Sequence record: ON529860.1
Direction: 5' to 3' (one strand)
DNA: 64,000 bases
Both the position numbers and the translations under genes were made by a program. The notes beneath the pieces are model-generated. The model had not been told where the DNA came from. It saw only the letters and a list, made by a program, of their open reading frames with translations, and did no database searches. Shown here one piece after another: positions 24,949 to 34,026 of this stretch (its first letter is position 1; each line of letters starts with the position of its first letter).

Positions 24949-25445
24949 CAGGCGCGGTTGAAGTTGAACGGGGTGAAGGGTCGCCCTTCGCCAGCGTCCA
25001 GCAGGGTGTCCAGCAAGGCCTGCCCCGCCGCCGACTGCGGATCGAGGGCGGCGCCGAAGCCGCTCGCATAGAGGTCCAGGGCCAGGAACCGCAGGTTGGC
25101 CTCGGTGTTGGCGACGGGTGCGCCCCGATCCATCGCGGCGTGATAGGCCTCGTGGGCGTCCTCGTCATGGGGCACGGCGACTGTCGTCTCGGGCTCATCC
25201 GCATCAAGCAGTAGCGGAATGTCCGGGTCCAGGGTCAGGCCGTACTGCTTGGCGAGTGCCCGCGCATAGGCTTCTGCGCCGGGCTCGTCATCATAGAAGT
25301 CGCGGCGCGCCGCCAGGGCGTAGTCACGTCGCTCGTAGTCGCACGCCGGGGTGATCTCGGCGATGCCGATCCGGGTCCGGTCGCCGCGCGGATAGATGAT
25401 GATCCAAGTGCTGGGGACTAGGTCCCGATCAAGATGGTCGGTCAT
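24948..25445 (-). CDS. hypothetical acidic protein (165 aa)
   Basis: packed run, ATGA overlap. Confidence 0.7.
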   Translation of the reverse strand: MTDHLDRDLVPSTWIIIYPRGDRTRIGIAEITPACDYERRDYALAARRDFYDDEPGAEAYARALAKQYGLTLDPDIPLLLDADEPETTVAVPHDEDAHEAYHAAMDRGAPVANTEANLRFLALDLYASGFGAALDPQSAAGQALLDTLLDAGEGRPFTPFNFNRA

Positions 25446-25861
25446 GCGGGCGCCAGGGTCAGGTGAATGGGCTCGAACGTCGGGTAGTCGACGCCGCCGC
25501 CGGTGGCGTTGGTCATCTGGGCCATGCCTTGCCGCTCCAGAAGAACGGCGGCGGCGATCGCCTCGGCGCGCGTCATCCAGAACCCTTTCCGGGTGTTCAG
25601 GATGTCGTCATCCAGGCTCACGGTCTTGGCGGGACCGGTTTCCAGCAAGGTCAGCCAGATCGCGCCGGCGGCCGTCGTCACCCAGCGCTTGTTCAGCACG
25701 ACTTCCCTGATTTCGACGAGACCGCACCGCTCCAGCATGCGCAGTTGCGGCAGGCGGGCCAGGTTGATGGAGTGGCCCACCACCGACTCGTCGCGGGCGT
25801 AGGCGGCGACGAGGTGCCGTAGGACGTCTTCGGCGTCGCGAGGGTTGTCAGTCGTTCGCAT
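25442..25861 (-). CDS. hypothetical protein, wHTH-like
   Basis: SD GGAG; LRMLERCGLV...WVTTAAG. Confidence 0.7.
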   Translation of the reverse strand: MRTTDNPRDAEDVLRHLVAAYARDESVVGHSINLARLPQLRMLERCGLVEIREVVLNKRWVTTAAGAIWLTLLETGPAKTVSLDDDILNTRKGFWMTRAEAIAAAVLLERQGMAQMTNATGGGVDYPTFEPIHLTLAPA

Positions 25862-25870
25862 CTTGTTCTC

Positions 25871-26866
25871 CTAGTGATCGACGTCGCTGAAGATGTCTTC
25901 GATGGTGGCGCCTTGCAGGGCGAGCAGTCCGGCGGCGTTGGGCAGGATGTCGCCGCCGGCGATTCCGGCGGCCGACGGCGCCCACCCTGGACCGGTGATG
26001 AACTGCAACCACTGCTTCGCCGACAGGCCGTCCGAGTAGCGCAGGGAGAGGGACATGTAATCCGCCAACACCTCCGGGGTCGAGAACACCGGGGAGATCG
26101 GCCCGTCCGAAACGGTCTGCCACATCTGCCAGCCCTCGCCCTCGGGCGGCTCGGTGCGTTCCCAGGCGTCGAGCGCCGCCTTGATCTCGGGGCTGTCATA
26201 GACCACGCCGTCGTGGCAGTCGGGGTTAGGGCAGGTCCAGCTTTCGCCGGCCTCACGGATCACGCGGTCCATGCAGGCGCCCATGCCGATCTGACTGTGG
26301 CTTATGTTCATCGCTGAAAGCTGACGCGCCGTGAAGGACGGCGCGGGATCAAACGGAACCCAGACCTTAGCCTCGCGGTCGAACGTGCCCGTCAGATGCG
26401 GCGGGATGCCGTGCTCGGCCGCCAGGATGGCGTCCAGGTCGGCGTCGGACAGGCGGTACATCCAGGACTCGTTGAACAGAGCCGCCAAGCGGACCGATTC
26501 GTGTACGATCGCCGCCCTAACTTCGGGGCGAGACAGATCATCCTGGGTCAGGGGCGTTTCATCGCGCAGGGCGCCGATGCGGCCATAGACATAGTATCCT
26601 GGCGACTGCATGACGTTCTTTTGAGCAAACTGTCGCACTTCGGGGTCTTCGGCAGTCCAGTGGTGCGCGCCGGCGTCGTCGCCCCTCCGAGTATAATCCT
26701 CGCCTTGCCCATACCAGCGCTTCTGGAGTCGATTGGCGAAAGGGGATTGCCCCATGCCGTTGCAGGCCGAGCAGTTGTGTACGCCCTCCGACGGACGGAT
26801 GTAGCCCGCCCAGGCCGACTTTGGGGCGTCGAAGTCCAGGGCGACGCGTTTGACTTCACGACCCAC
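25871..26866 (-). CDS. hypothetical protein with split DnaJ-type zinc finger
   Basis: GTG start with SD GAGGAGG; CSACNGMG and CPNPDCHDG; WQMWQTVSDGPISPVF. Confidence 0.8.
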   Translation of the reverse strand: MGREVKRVALDFDAPKSAWAGYIRPSEGVHNCSACNGMGQSPFANRLQKRWYGQGEDYTRRGDDAGAHHWTAEDPEVRQFAQKNVMQSPGYYVYGRIGALRDETPLTQDDLSRPEVRAAIVHESVRLAALFNESWMYRLSDADLDAILAAEHGIPPHLTGTFDREAKVWVPFDPAPSFTARQLSAMNISHSQIGMGACMDRVIREAGESWTCPNPDCHDGVVYDSPEIKAALDAWERTEPPEGEGWQMWQTVSDGPISPVFSTPEVLADYMSLSLRYSDGLSAKQWLQFITGPGWAPSAAGIAGGDILPNAAGLLALQGATIEDIFSDVDH

Positions 26867-27131
26867 TGGGCAGGCCCTCCTCATGCAGTTGCTCTTGAAA
26901 GTCCGCGTCCGTCCAATCCAGCGGCTGGAAAAACCGGATGTCGCCTCGAACAGACCAGTACCGAGAATTGTGCTCGTTCTTGCGCACCCACGCCGGCTTT
27001 TGCTTAAGACGCCGGCCGACCTCGTCGAAGTCGAATCCTTCGCCGCGCGCGCCGAGTTCCAGGACGTGTTTCCATTGCGCGTCGCTCAGGCGCCAGAAGG
27101 CGCCGAACTGGCAGACATAGACGAACCTCAT
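26856..27131 (-). CDS. hypothetical protein (91 aa)
   Basis: packed run. Confidence 0.7.
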   Translation of the reverse strand: MRFVYVCQFGAFWRLSDAQWKHVLELGARGEGFDFDEVGRRLKQKPAWVRKNEHNSRYWSVRGDIRFFQPLDWTDADFQEQLHEEGLPSGS

Positions 27132-27718
27132 GCGACTTCATCCTTTGGCAGGATCGCCAGTTCAGGGAAGTCTCGGCCGGCGACGAAGACGAAATCGGGC
27201 TGGCCCTGGGCGACGCGCCACATGGAATGCGCCAGGTCGTCGTGCAGCCTTTCGATCGGCAGGCCGTAACGGGTGCTGTAGGCGCGGTACTGGTCGTCGA
27301 ACTGTTCGAACAGGGCCTTGACCGACGGGTCCGCCTGGAGCCGACGATAGGCGACCGCCCGAGAATGCTGCATCACCGCGCGCATGTCGGAGACGGTGTA
27401 TTGCTGATCCTGGGACAGATTGCGGTAAGGCGCTTCAGGCGCGTCGAAGATTTCTTCGATCATCTCGTCGTCGGTCCAGCGGAAGCGCTCGCCGTCCATG
27501 ACGAAGTGGTCGACGCTGGACGACAGCAAGGTGCGGGCGCCGGGGTGCTTGATCTGAGCCGCGTAGGCGATCTGCTGCGCCCGCATGTAGTCGACGTCTG
27601 GAGCGAGGGAATAGATGGTGAACTCACGCCCGCCGGGCAGGGTCAGGACCACGCCGCGATAGGTCGACTGATCGCCTTCATCATAGTCGATTGCGATGTG
27701 GAAGTTCGGCGTCGCCAT
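27128..27718 (-). CDS. hypothetical protein
   Basis: start moved to MATPNFHI with SD GAGGAG. Confidence 0.75.
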   Translation of the reverse strand: MATPNFHIAIDYDEGDQSTYRGVVLTLPGGREFTIYSLAPDVDYMRAQQIAYAAQIKHPGARTLLSSSVDHFVMDGERFRWTDDEMIEEIFDAPEAPYRNLSQDQQYTVSDMRAVMQHSRAVAYRRLQADPSVKALFEQFDDQYRAYSTRYGLPIERLHDDLAHSMWRVAQGQPDFVFVAGRDFPELAILPKDEVA

Positions 27719-27729
27719 GGGTCGCTCCT

Positions 27730-27927
27730 CTAGGGTTTGGCGGTCAGGGCGCAGCGCCGGCAGACATCTCCCTCGTAGACACGCTTCTCTTCGATGTTGT
27801 GCCACTCGATGGGGCCGCCGAACCCGTGGTTGGGCTCAGACTCCATCACCGAGATCGGCACCACCGAATAGCGGGGGCGCATCTTGTGGCCGAAAACTCG
27901 GCACCACCAGGGGGTCTCCTGCGTCAC
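27730..27927 (-). CDS. small Cys/His zinc-binding protein
   Basis: WCRVFGHK...VCRRC; start moved to GTG downstream of promoter 27950-27975. Confidence 0.6.
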   Translation of the reverse strand: MTQETPWWCRVFGHKMRPRYSVVPISVMESEPNHGFGGPIEWHNIEEKRVYEGDVCRRCALTAKP

Positions 27928-27949
27928 GATCTGACCTTTCGAGGGTTCT

Positions 27950-27975
27950 GTAAAGGAATGTTTTGAGGTCGTCAA
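27950..27975 (-). promoter_or_regulatory. conserved phage promoter copy 8
   Basis: GTAAAGGAATGTTTTGAGGTCGTCAA. Confidence 0.8.
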
Positions 27976-27995
27976 GCGCCGGCGCGCCCAGAGCG

Positions 27996-28388
27996 TCAGC
28001 GCCGTCGTTCACCGACGACCAGTCGGGCGCGTTCCAGCATTTCTGGCGCGCAGCCCGTCTCGCCGGCCGCCAGGCGCTCCGCCACGAAGGCGCGGCCCTT
28101 GTCGGTAGCCTCGTAGTCGCCCCGGCAGCCGCAGGGGCAGCCGTCAATCAGACCGCGCCGGATCAGGTTCGCCATCTTGCCGCGAAGCAGTTTTTCGGGG
28201 ATGTCCTCGGGAAAGAGCGGCGCGACCGAATGGAACCAGAACTGGGGATCGGCGTGGACGGTGTCGGTCCAGCACCAGGTCCCCCAGACGCCGTCCAGGG
28301 CGGTGACGAACTGGACGATCGGAAGGTCGGGGATGTCCTTGAGTTGACGCGGCATGGGGCCGGTCCAGTAGGAGACGAACGCGGTCAT
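27996..28388 (-). CDS. hypothetical protein
   Basis: KMANLIRRGLIDGCPCGCRGD motif, wHTH-like. Confidence 0.75.
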   Translation of the reverse strand: MTAFVSYWTGPMPRQLKDIPDLPIVQFVTALDGVWGTWCWTDTVHADPQFWFHSVAPLFPEDIPEKLLRGKMANLIRRGLIDGCPCGCRGDYEATDKGRAFVAERLAAGETGCAPEMLERARLVVGERRR

Positions 28389-28663
28389 CGCGCAGCGCCC
28401 TGGCGCAGGCTGTCATAGACCCCCGAGGTGATGTCGGCGATCTCGCAGGCGGCCTTGCGGAAGATGCCGCGATAGGGTTCGGCGTGGGCCTCGATATGGG
28501 TGATCACGTCGATGACCTCCAGATCGGTCGACGCGGGGGTCAGCCGGGCGATCATGGCGGGGATCGGCGCCTCGGGGTGAAGGACGCCGGCCTCGCAGCA
28601 GGCGTCGTCCGGCTCGGCCTTGATCTTCTCCATCAGCCATTCGCGGGTGATGTGCATCTTCAT
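28385..28663 (-). CDS. hypothetical protein (92 aa)
   Basis: SD GAGGAG; packed run. Confidence 0.7.
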   Translation of the reverse strand: MKMHITREWLMEKIKAEPDDACCEAGVLHPEAPIPAMIARLTPASTDLEVIDVITHIEAHAEPYRGIFRKAACEIADITSGVYDSLRQGAAR

Positions 28664-28908
28664 GCCTTGATCTCCTCAGGCGGACGATCCAGCCAACCCG
28701 GTTCTGACTTGAACCGGGTTGGCGCGGGCTCGTAGAGTTTCTCGATCGTCTCTCGTCGGCCCCAGTGCTGGACGTAGCCCTTGGCGTCGGTTACGACCCA
28801 CGCCCCGACCCAAGGGCCGCTGACGACGCCCTCGAACTCCGCGAGGTTCTCGGCGGTGATCTGCTCGACGATGCAGGGCGCCGAACGACCCTTGAGGGCG
28901 ACCTTCAT
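28660..28908 (-). CDS. hypothetical protein
   Basis: start moved to MKVALKG (ATGA overlap). Confidence 0.65.
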   Translation of the reverse strand: MKVALKGRSAPCIVEQITAENLAEFEGVVSGPWVGAWVVTDAKGYVQHWGRRETIEKLYEPAPTRFKSEPGWLDRPPEEIKA

Positions 28909-29339
28909 GCGCGACGGCCGTCGCACGCCAGGCAGGCCATCAGCGCCAGGGTCAGGCCGGAGGCGGAGCCGGCGGCGTCCACATGGAAGTAATCATCCGT
29001 GTGATCGTCCGTGATGTAACCGGGACCGGCGACCCAGGCCCGCACCTCGGTCGCGCCATCGTCTCCTGCGCCCGGCATGGTGCAGTAGCCATGCACCCAC
29101 TGGGGCAGGATGGCCTCGATCAGCCGGACGATCGAATCCACGGAGGCGGTGTAGCGCGGGACCGGCGTGCGGTCCGAAGCCTGGGGGTAGAGCAACGCAT
29201 GAAGGTCGCGATCAATGGCCCGATCGGCGCCCTTGACGAGGCGCTCGGACAGGGACTGGAGATGGGCCTTGGCGTCCGGGTCCAGCAGGATCGCGGGTTT
29301 CTGGACGGCGCCCGAGGCGGGGTCGTAGGCTTCAGTCAA
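28905..29339 (-). CDS. hypothetical phage protein
   Basis: VPRYTAS.D....LIE..LP.W motif common in phage hypotheticals. Confidence 0.75.
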   Translation of the reverse strand: MTEAYDPASGAVQKPAILLDPDAKAHLQSLSERLVKGADRAIDRDLHALLYPQASDRTPVPRYTASVDSIVRLIEAILPQWVHGYCTMPGAGDDGATEVRAWVAGPGYITDDHTDDYFHVDAAGSASGLTLALMACLACDGRRA

Positions 29340-29766
29340 GGGTCGTGCTCCCCGGTTTGATAAGGGCTTTGCCGCGTCGCATCAGGTCAACCAGTAACGG
29401 GCTGGGCGCGCCCAGGGCCATGAACATCCTCACGAGCAACAGCTTGTGCGCCTTGGGGATGGTGATGGATTCGTCCGGATTGATGACGCACAAGCGGGTG
29501 AGGGTTTTTGCGGCCTCTTCGCCGCCGGCGCGGTCCCGGTAGTGCAGGTCGAGGCGATCGACGAGCGTTTCTTCGGCCTCCGGCTCCCAGGGCTTTCCAT
29601 CCTGGAGCGCCAACATGAGGGCGCGAATCTGACCGGCGACCACCGGCGCGTCGATCAGATTATCGCGTTCAGCGAACTCGTCGAGCATCCCCGCCGCCGC
29701 CGCCATGACGTCGGGAAGCGGGGTGCGGCCGATCTTGTGCGGGACCTTCCGGGTCAGGAACTCCAC
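29332..29766 (-). CDS. hypothetical protein (144 aa)
   Basis: packed run. Confidence 0.7.
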   Translation of the reverse strand: MEFLTRKVPHKIGRTPLPDVMAAAAGMLDEFAERDNLIDAPVVAGQIRALMLALQDGKPWEPEAEETLVDRLDLHYRDRAGGEEAAKTLTRLCVINPDESITIPKAHKLLLVRMFMALGAPSPLLVDLMRRGKALIKPGSTTLD

Positions 29767-29768
29767 GC

Positions 29769-30056
29769 TTAGACGCTCGTCTTGGCCTTGGTGCGGCTGG
29801 CCGGCGACAGGGCGTCAGGCCCTTCGAATTCCAGGCCCTTGTAGAAGTGCGAGACCGGTTTGCCCAGCAGGCTCGCCAAGGCGAACAGGTTGTCCACCGT
29901 GATGCGGCGGTTGCCCTTCTCGTAGTGGTGCATCGCCACTTCGGAGATACCCATGCCGCGCGCCAGTTCGGCGCGGCTCAAACCGCGCTTCTCGCGGGTC
30001 TCGGCGACGACGGCGCCGACATGATCGGAAACGCGTTGATCGGTAGGTCTGGGCAT
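29769..30056 (-). CDS. XRE-family HTH transcriptional regulator
   Basis: RGLSRAELARGMGISEVAMHHYEKGNRRITVDNLFALASLL. Confidence 0.85.
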   Translation of the reverse strand: MPRPTDQRVSDHVGAVVAETREKRGLSRAELARGMGISEVAMHHYEKGNRRITVDNLFALASLLGKPVSHFYKGLEFEGPDALSPASRTKAKTSV

Positions 30057-30069
30057 GGAATGTCCTTTC

Positions 30070-30540
30070 TTAGAACGGATTGACGGCGGCCTCGAAGGCC
30101 GCGATGAACTGGTGATGTCGGTCCACAGGCTTGGCGGTCATCCGTGCGGCGAGCGCGTTCAACCCCTGGCGATTACGCACGAACCCCGTCAGCCAGTCCG
30201 GCACCTGGTAGGCGGTATGCCCGGTCTCCACGCACTGGATCGACAGGGTCTGATTCCGCTTGACCACGAAATAGGTGAACACCGCCGGATCATCCTTGGT
30301 GTAGGGCAGGGCCGGCTGGAACCACCGCAACAGGCGACGGGCTTGCTGCCGGGCGTAGACGCCGGCCTCGAAATCGCCCGACCGCCCCGAGCCGATCAGC
30401 GGAATCTTGTGACGTGAGCCGTCCGGCGCGATGATCCGCGCCATGTTGTGCTTCTTGGCGGGCTCGAAATCCACGCGGAATCCTTCGGGCTCCAGCACCG
30501 CACGGATGGCGTCAAGACCGGCTCGTTCGTGGGATGTCAT
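30070..30540 (-). CDS. hypothetical protein (156 aa)
   Basis: SD AGGAGG after promoter 30565-30590. Confidence 0.75.
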   Translation of the reverse strand: MTSHERAGLDAIRAVLEPEGFRVDFEPAKKHNMARIIAPDGSRHKIPLIGSGRSGDFEAGVYARQQARRLLRWFQPALPYTKDDPAVFTYFVVKRNQTLSIQCVETGHTAYQVPDWLTGFVRNRQGLNALAARMTAKPVDRHHQFIAAFEAAVNPF

Positions 30541-30564
30541 AGCGCCCTCCTTTCCCTCTGCGCT

Positions 30565-30590
30565 GTAAAGGAACGAGGGCGGGATGTCAA
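30565..30590 (-). promoter_or_regulatory. conserved phage promoter copy 9
   Basis: GTAAAGGAACGAGGGCGGGATGTCAA. Confidence 0.8.
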
Positions 30591-30606
30591 ACTATTTGTT
30601 AAGCCT

Positions 30607-30993
30607 TCAAGGCGCTCTGCCAAGAATCTCGGCAGCCTTTGCCCATGCTCTTTGGGTCGGGGGCACGATCACAGGAAGGCGCATGTTATAGCGCGAGGCG
30701 CTGACCACGTTGGCGACCCACTCCAGTTGCTGGTCCCGCAGCCGGGCGAACCAGTATTGCGCCACCAGACGCTCATCGTCGCCGCCGTCCTGCGCCCGAC
30801 GCTTGGCGTCTTCGGTATCCTGGCGTGCGGACGCCAGCAGGCCTTTGAGATCGTCAGCGTCGACCGTCTCGCGGGCCTCGCTGAACCCGCGCAAGGCTCC
30901 GGCGCGCTTGTAGGGGTCGGTATAGGCCAGGCCCACCTCGGCCTCGCCGTCGGCGCAGATTCGGCCTACGAACTCTCTATAGGACAGACCCAT
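30607..30993 (-). CDS. hypothetical helical protein (128 aa)
   Basis: SD GGAGGA; stop/start abutment. Confidence 0.7.
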   Translation of the reverse strand: MGLSYREFVGRICADGEAEVGLAYTDPYKRAGALRGFSEARETVDADDLKGLLASARQDTEDAKRRAQDGGDDERLVAQYWFARLRDQQLEWVANVVSASRYNMRLPVIVPPTQRAWAKAAEILGRAP

Positions 30994-31667
30994 CAGGATT
31001 CCTCCTCCTCCGGCGACAGTTCATCCAGCGGGCCGAAGGACCAGTCCGGCCCCGGAACCGCGCAATGCAGGGCGACGTCGTGTTCAGGTCGCCACAAAGG
31101 AAGCAGTTGACTTTTGGCGAGGTGGAGCGTGCGCGCGTCCTCGGATTCCGCCTTCACGGCCCGCAGATAGAGCCACAGAAGGATTTGCAGCCCGCCGAAC
31201 ACGGCGCCGGCGAAAAATCCCGGCAAGCCCATGAGGTAGACCGACCCGGCGATGATGCTCGCGGCGCCCGACCATACGAGGGCGATTCGCCGCGCCTTGC
31301 GCGCCCACTGGCGCTCAATCCGCTCAACCGCCGCCGCCCGCTCGGCGGCGGCTGCTTCGAAATGCGCCTTGACGAGTTCGGCGTGTTCTCGCCGAAGCCG
31401 GTTCAGGGTCTGCTTCTGCCGCAGATAGAGGTCCATGTTGCCGGGCTTGCGCAACCAGGCGACCAGGGCGTCGTCGCGCGCCTGGCGCACCGCCTGCTTA
31501 GCCTGCACGAGTTCGCGTAGCGCCGCCATCTCTTCCTCGGTCTCGTGGATCGTCGAGGCGGCGGAACCGCCGGATGAACGGTGCGACGCACTGGAACCGC
31601 TGTCCATGAACGCCAGGGGCAGCAGTCCTGGGTTGGCGACGCCCAAGGCGAGAAAAGCGGCGTTCAT
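30993..31667 (-). CDS. membrane protein with coiled-coil N-terminus
   Basis: two adjacent TM segments; first gene after promoter 31701-31726. Confidence 0.75.
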   Translation of the reverse strand: MNAAFLALGVANPGLLPLAFMDSGSSASHRSSGGSAASTIHETEEEMAALRELVQAKQAVRQARDDALVAWLRKPGNMDLYLRQKQTLNRLRREHAELVKAHFEAAAAERAAAVERIERQWARKARRIALVWSGAASIIAGSVYLMGLPGFFAGAVFGGLQILLWLYLRAVKAESEDARTLHLAKSQLLPLWRPEHDVALHCAVPGPDWSFGPLDELSPEEEES

Positions 31668-31700
31668 GGGAGGCTCCTTTGGTTCAGCGACGGTCCTGCC

Positions 31701-31726
31701 GTAAAGGAATGATGCGAGGTTGTCAA
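31701..31726 (-). promoter_or_regulatory. conserved phage promoter copy 10
   Basis: GTAAAGGAATGATGCGAGGTTGTCAA. Confidence 0.8.
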
Positions 31727-31734
31727 CAACGGCG

Positions 31735-31778
31735 TCACTCGTGCGCTACGCGCCCTCGTGACCGGCTGCCGCCGGCCC
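31735..31778. repeat. 44-bp dispersed repeat, copy B (copy A at 20438-20481)
   Basis: 41/44 identity; 8 bp from the -35 of promoter 31701-31726. Confidence 0.85.
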
Positions 31779-32147
31779 ACCTTCGGTCGGCTCTTTCACT
31801 GGAACATCCACGGCTCCGCGTCGGTCGCGTTGCCGCCAGGTCTCGCGCATCCAGATCAACCACCGATCATGAAGAAGGTCCGCCAGCATGTCCAGTTTGG
31901 CCGCCAGCACGGGATGATCCTTACTCACCCTCGCCTGGGTCGCCCTGACGACTCTGAACCACTCGTGGAGGTCTTGTTCTGACACGTCGTCGCGGCGGAT
32001 CACCTTCATGGTCAATCCGCGAAACGTCTGCGCCAGGCGATCGACCTTATCGGGGTGTTCGTCCAGGAAGGCGCGCAGGATCGGCCGCGCCTCGGCGGGC
32101 GTGCAGGTCCAGCACTGGATGCGGTGGAGACCGGGGTAGACGATCAT
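31746..32147 (-). CDS. hypothetical protein (133 aa)
   Basis: ATGA overlap. Confidence 0.65.
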   Translation of the reverse strand: MIVYPGLHRIQCWTCTPAEARPILRAFLDEHPDKVDRLAQTFRGLTMKVIRRDDVSEQDLHEWFRVVRATQARVSKDHPVLAAKLDMLADLLHDRWLIWMRETWRQRDRRGAVDVPVKEPTEGGPAAAGHEGA

Positions 32148-32401
32148 CGGCCCGCCTTGCGCGCCTGTTCGTCGGCGCAGTGTGGGTCGCCGTAGCCCCC
32201 ATGCATGGGAGAGGTGCAGCCCGCCATGCAGGCCCAGTTGCAGGGGTGTTCTTCCGGCGCGATCGGCTCCGCCAGGGCGGCGCGCACCGCCTCGACCATG
32301 ACGTCGTTCTGGGTCCGGTTGTTGCGGAAGGCATGGACGCGCAGCTTCTCGGCCAGTTCAGGCGGAAGGTAGAAGGTGCGGCCGACAGGACGATCGCTCA
32401 C
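32144..32401 (-). CDS. ribbon-helix-helix (CopG/Arc-like) DNA-binding protein
   Basis: RTFYLPPELAEKLRVHAFRNNRTQNDVMVEAVRAAL. Confidence 0.75.
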   Translation of the reverse strand: MSDRPVGRTFYLPPELAEKLRVHAFRNNRTQNDVMVEAVRAALAEPIAPEEHPCNWACMAGCTSPMHGGYGDPHCADEQARKAGR

Positions 32402-32712
32402 CAGCCGTCTCCGTCATCGCCGGGCAGACTGCTCAGATAGCGCTGCCGATCTTCCTCGTTGATTTCGCGCTGAAGCGCCGCTTCACGCTCCTGCTCCTCG
32501 CGCGCCCACTTGGCTTCCAGGTAATCCTGATAGACGTCATTCGCGCCGGCGCCCCAGTAGTCGCATTCCAGGCCGCAAGAGCGGCACTTCTCCCGCGACA
32601 CCGTTTCCACGTAGTCGGTGGAGTTGCACTGCGGACAGCGCTTCTGCCGGCTGGTCGCCAGGAGCGGAGCGCCGGTGTCGACGTGGCCGTTGCGGTAACG
32701 CGGATAGGTCAA
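32398..32712 (-). CDS. zinc-ribbon protein
   Basis: CPQC...CRSC then charged helix. Confidence 0.75.
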   Translation of the reverse strand: MTYPRYRNGHVDTGAPLLATSRQKRCPQCNSTDYVETVSREKCRSCGLECDYWGAGANDVYQDYLEAKWAREEQEREAALQREINEEDRQRYLSSLPGDDGDGW

Positions 32713-33332
32713 GAGACCGACACCCGACAGCCTGCGGCGCGAACCTCGGCGGCGAACTCGCCCAGTGAGACGCGCCCGTCCGTCATCGCCAGGTTGGACC
32801 GGAGCCCGGCGTTGTTCGTCAGGTCGATGCGCGCGGACTGCGGCGGGTTCAGCCGCAGGCGGCGGTCCGTCGGGTCCTCGTAGGCTTCACCCTCTTCATA
32901 AGGGTCGAAGTTCAGAGCCTCGGACCGCACGCCTGTGACGTCTTCCTCGACCACGTAGGTGATGGTGAACTCCAGGTCATGGCGCGCCGTGGCCGCTGTG
33001 GGTTCGGCGCCGTCCACGTCTTCGTCCTGGACCACGCGCCCCACCACCGGCAACCGGTGGGCATCAACGTATTGCCGCAGGGCCAAACGCGCCAGTTCAT
33101 TGGCCTCGTCGTCGCTCAGCAGGTCGGCCTCGTCTTCTCCGTCCTCGGGGGCTTCGATGTAGTCCGAGTAATAGGTCAGGCTGAACACCTGCACCCGTGT
33201 GGGGAAGGCGGTGGCCCGGCCGCCGCGCGAGTTCGAGCGCCGCCCGGAGCCCAGGGACACCTCCACCGAGGGCGCGTCCAGAACATAGCGGCTGGCGAGG
33301 AAGGCTTCAGGGGTTGTCGGGGGCGTCGCCAT
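32709..33332 (-). CDS. acidic hypothetical protein (207 aa)
   Basis: SD GAGGAG. Confidence 0.7.
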   Translation of the reverse strand: MATPPTTPEAFLASRYVLDAPSVEVSLGSGRRSNSRGGRATAFPTRVQVFSLTYYSDYIEAPEDGEDEADLLSDDEANELARLALRQYVDAHRLPVVGRVVQDEDVDGAEPTAATARHDLEFTITYVVEEDVTGVRSEALNFDPYEEGEAYEDPTDRRLRLNPPQSARIDLTNNAGLRSNLAMTDGRVSLGEFAAEVRAAGCRVSVS

Positions 33333-34026
33333 GCTTGATCTCCTCGCCGTCGATAAACAGGATGCCGGCGCCGTCGTTGGCGTCCAGCGCGGCGAGGTAG
33401 GTGCGCCACCCCGCGTCCGTAATGGGCAGGTTCCCCGGCGGATCGCCCAGGATGAAGTGGGTCGTCGCAGCCGCGTAGGCTTCGAGGTCCTGCGCCATCT
33501 GCTCGGCGACCGCCTCGGGCATGACGCCGTCAGGGAACAGCGGCGGTGTCGTTTCGTCCGTCCAGAGCGGGGACGACCAGGTGGACATGGTCATGCCCAT
33601 GCGGGCGGGCCACTCCTGAGGGAAGAGGCGCGTGAACCATTCCTTGGCCTTCTCGCGATGCTCGGGCGTGTCCGGACCGCTGACGTCGTCAATGATCTGC
33701 AACGGGGGCTTGAGGTCCTCGCCGCGCCAGTGCATCAGGAGGTCCTCCATCGCCTGCCGCTGGTGCGGGTAGAGGCCGTCGGTCTCGATGTCCATGAGGA
33801 CGGTCGGCGGCGCCGCCAGACCGGCGCGGGCGCGGCTGACATGACGGCCAGTGCCGGCGCAGACGCGGCAGGGTTTGTAGTAGGGCGGCATGGTCATGTA
33901 GACGTCGGGACCGCCGCGCTTCAGTTGCGCCAGGTATTCGTCTTCCCCGTCGACACGACCGGTCCCCTCGCAGGTCCGACAGCGCAGCGGCTCCAGTTCG
34001 AAAGAGGTGACATAGGCGATGGTCAT
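33307..34026 (-). CDS. DnaJ-type zinc finger protein with mosaic C-terminus
   Basis: CRTCEGTG and CRVCAGTG; start moved to MTIAYVTS. Confidence 0.7.
   Translation of the reverse strand: MTIAYVTSFELEPLRCRTCEGTGRVDGEDEYLAQLKRGGPDVYMTMPPYYKPCRVCAGTGRHVSRARAGLAAPPTVLMDIETDGLYPHQRQAMEDLLMHWRGEDLKPPLQIIDDVSGPDTPEHREKAKEWFTRLFPQEWPARMGMTMSTWSSPLWTDETTPPLFPDGVMPEAVAEQMAQDLEAYAAATTHFILGDPPGNLPITDAGWRTYLAALDANDGAGILFIDGEEIKHGDAPDNP

Noticed and set aside
32709-33332. DNA-mimic (Ocr-like) anti-restriction protein
   Set aside because: Acidic patch present but Arg content is also high, so net charge is not extreme enough to support the call
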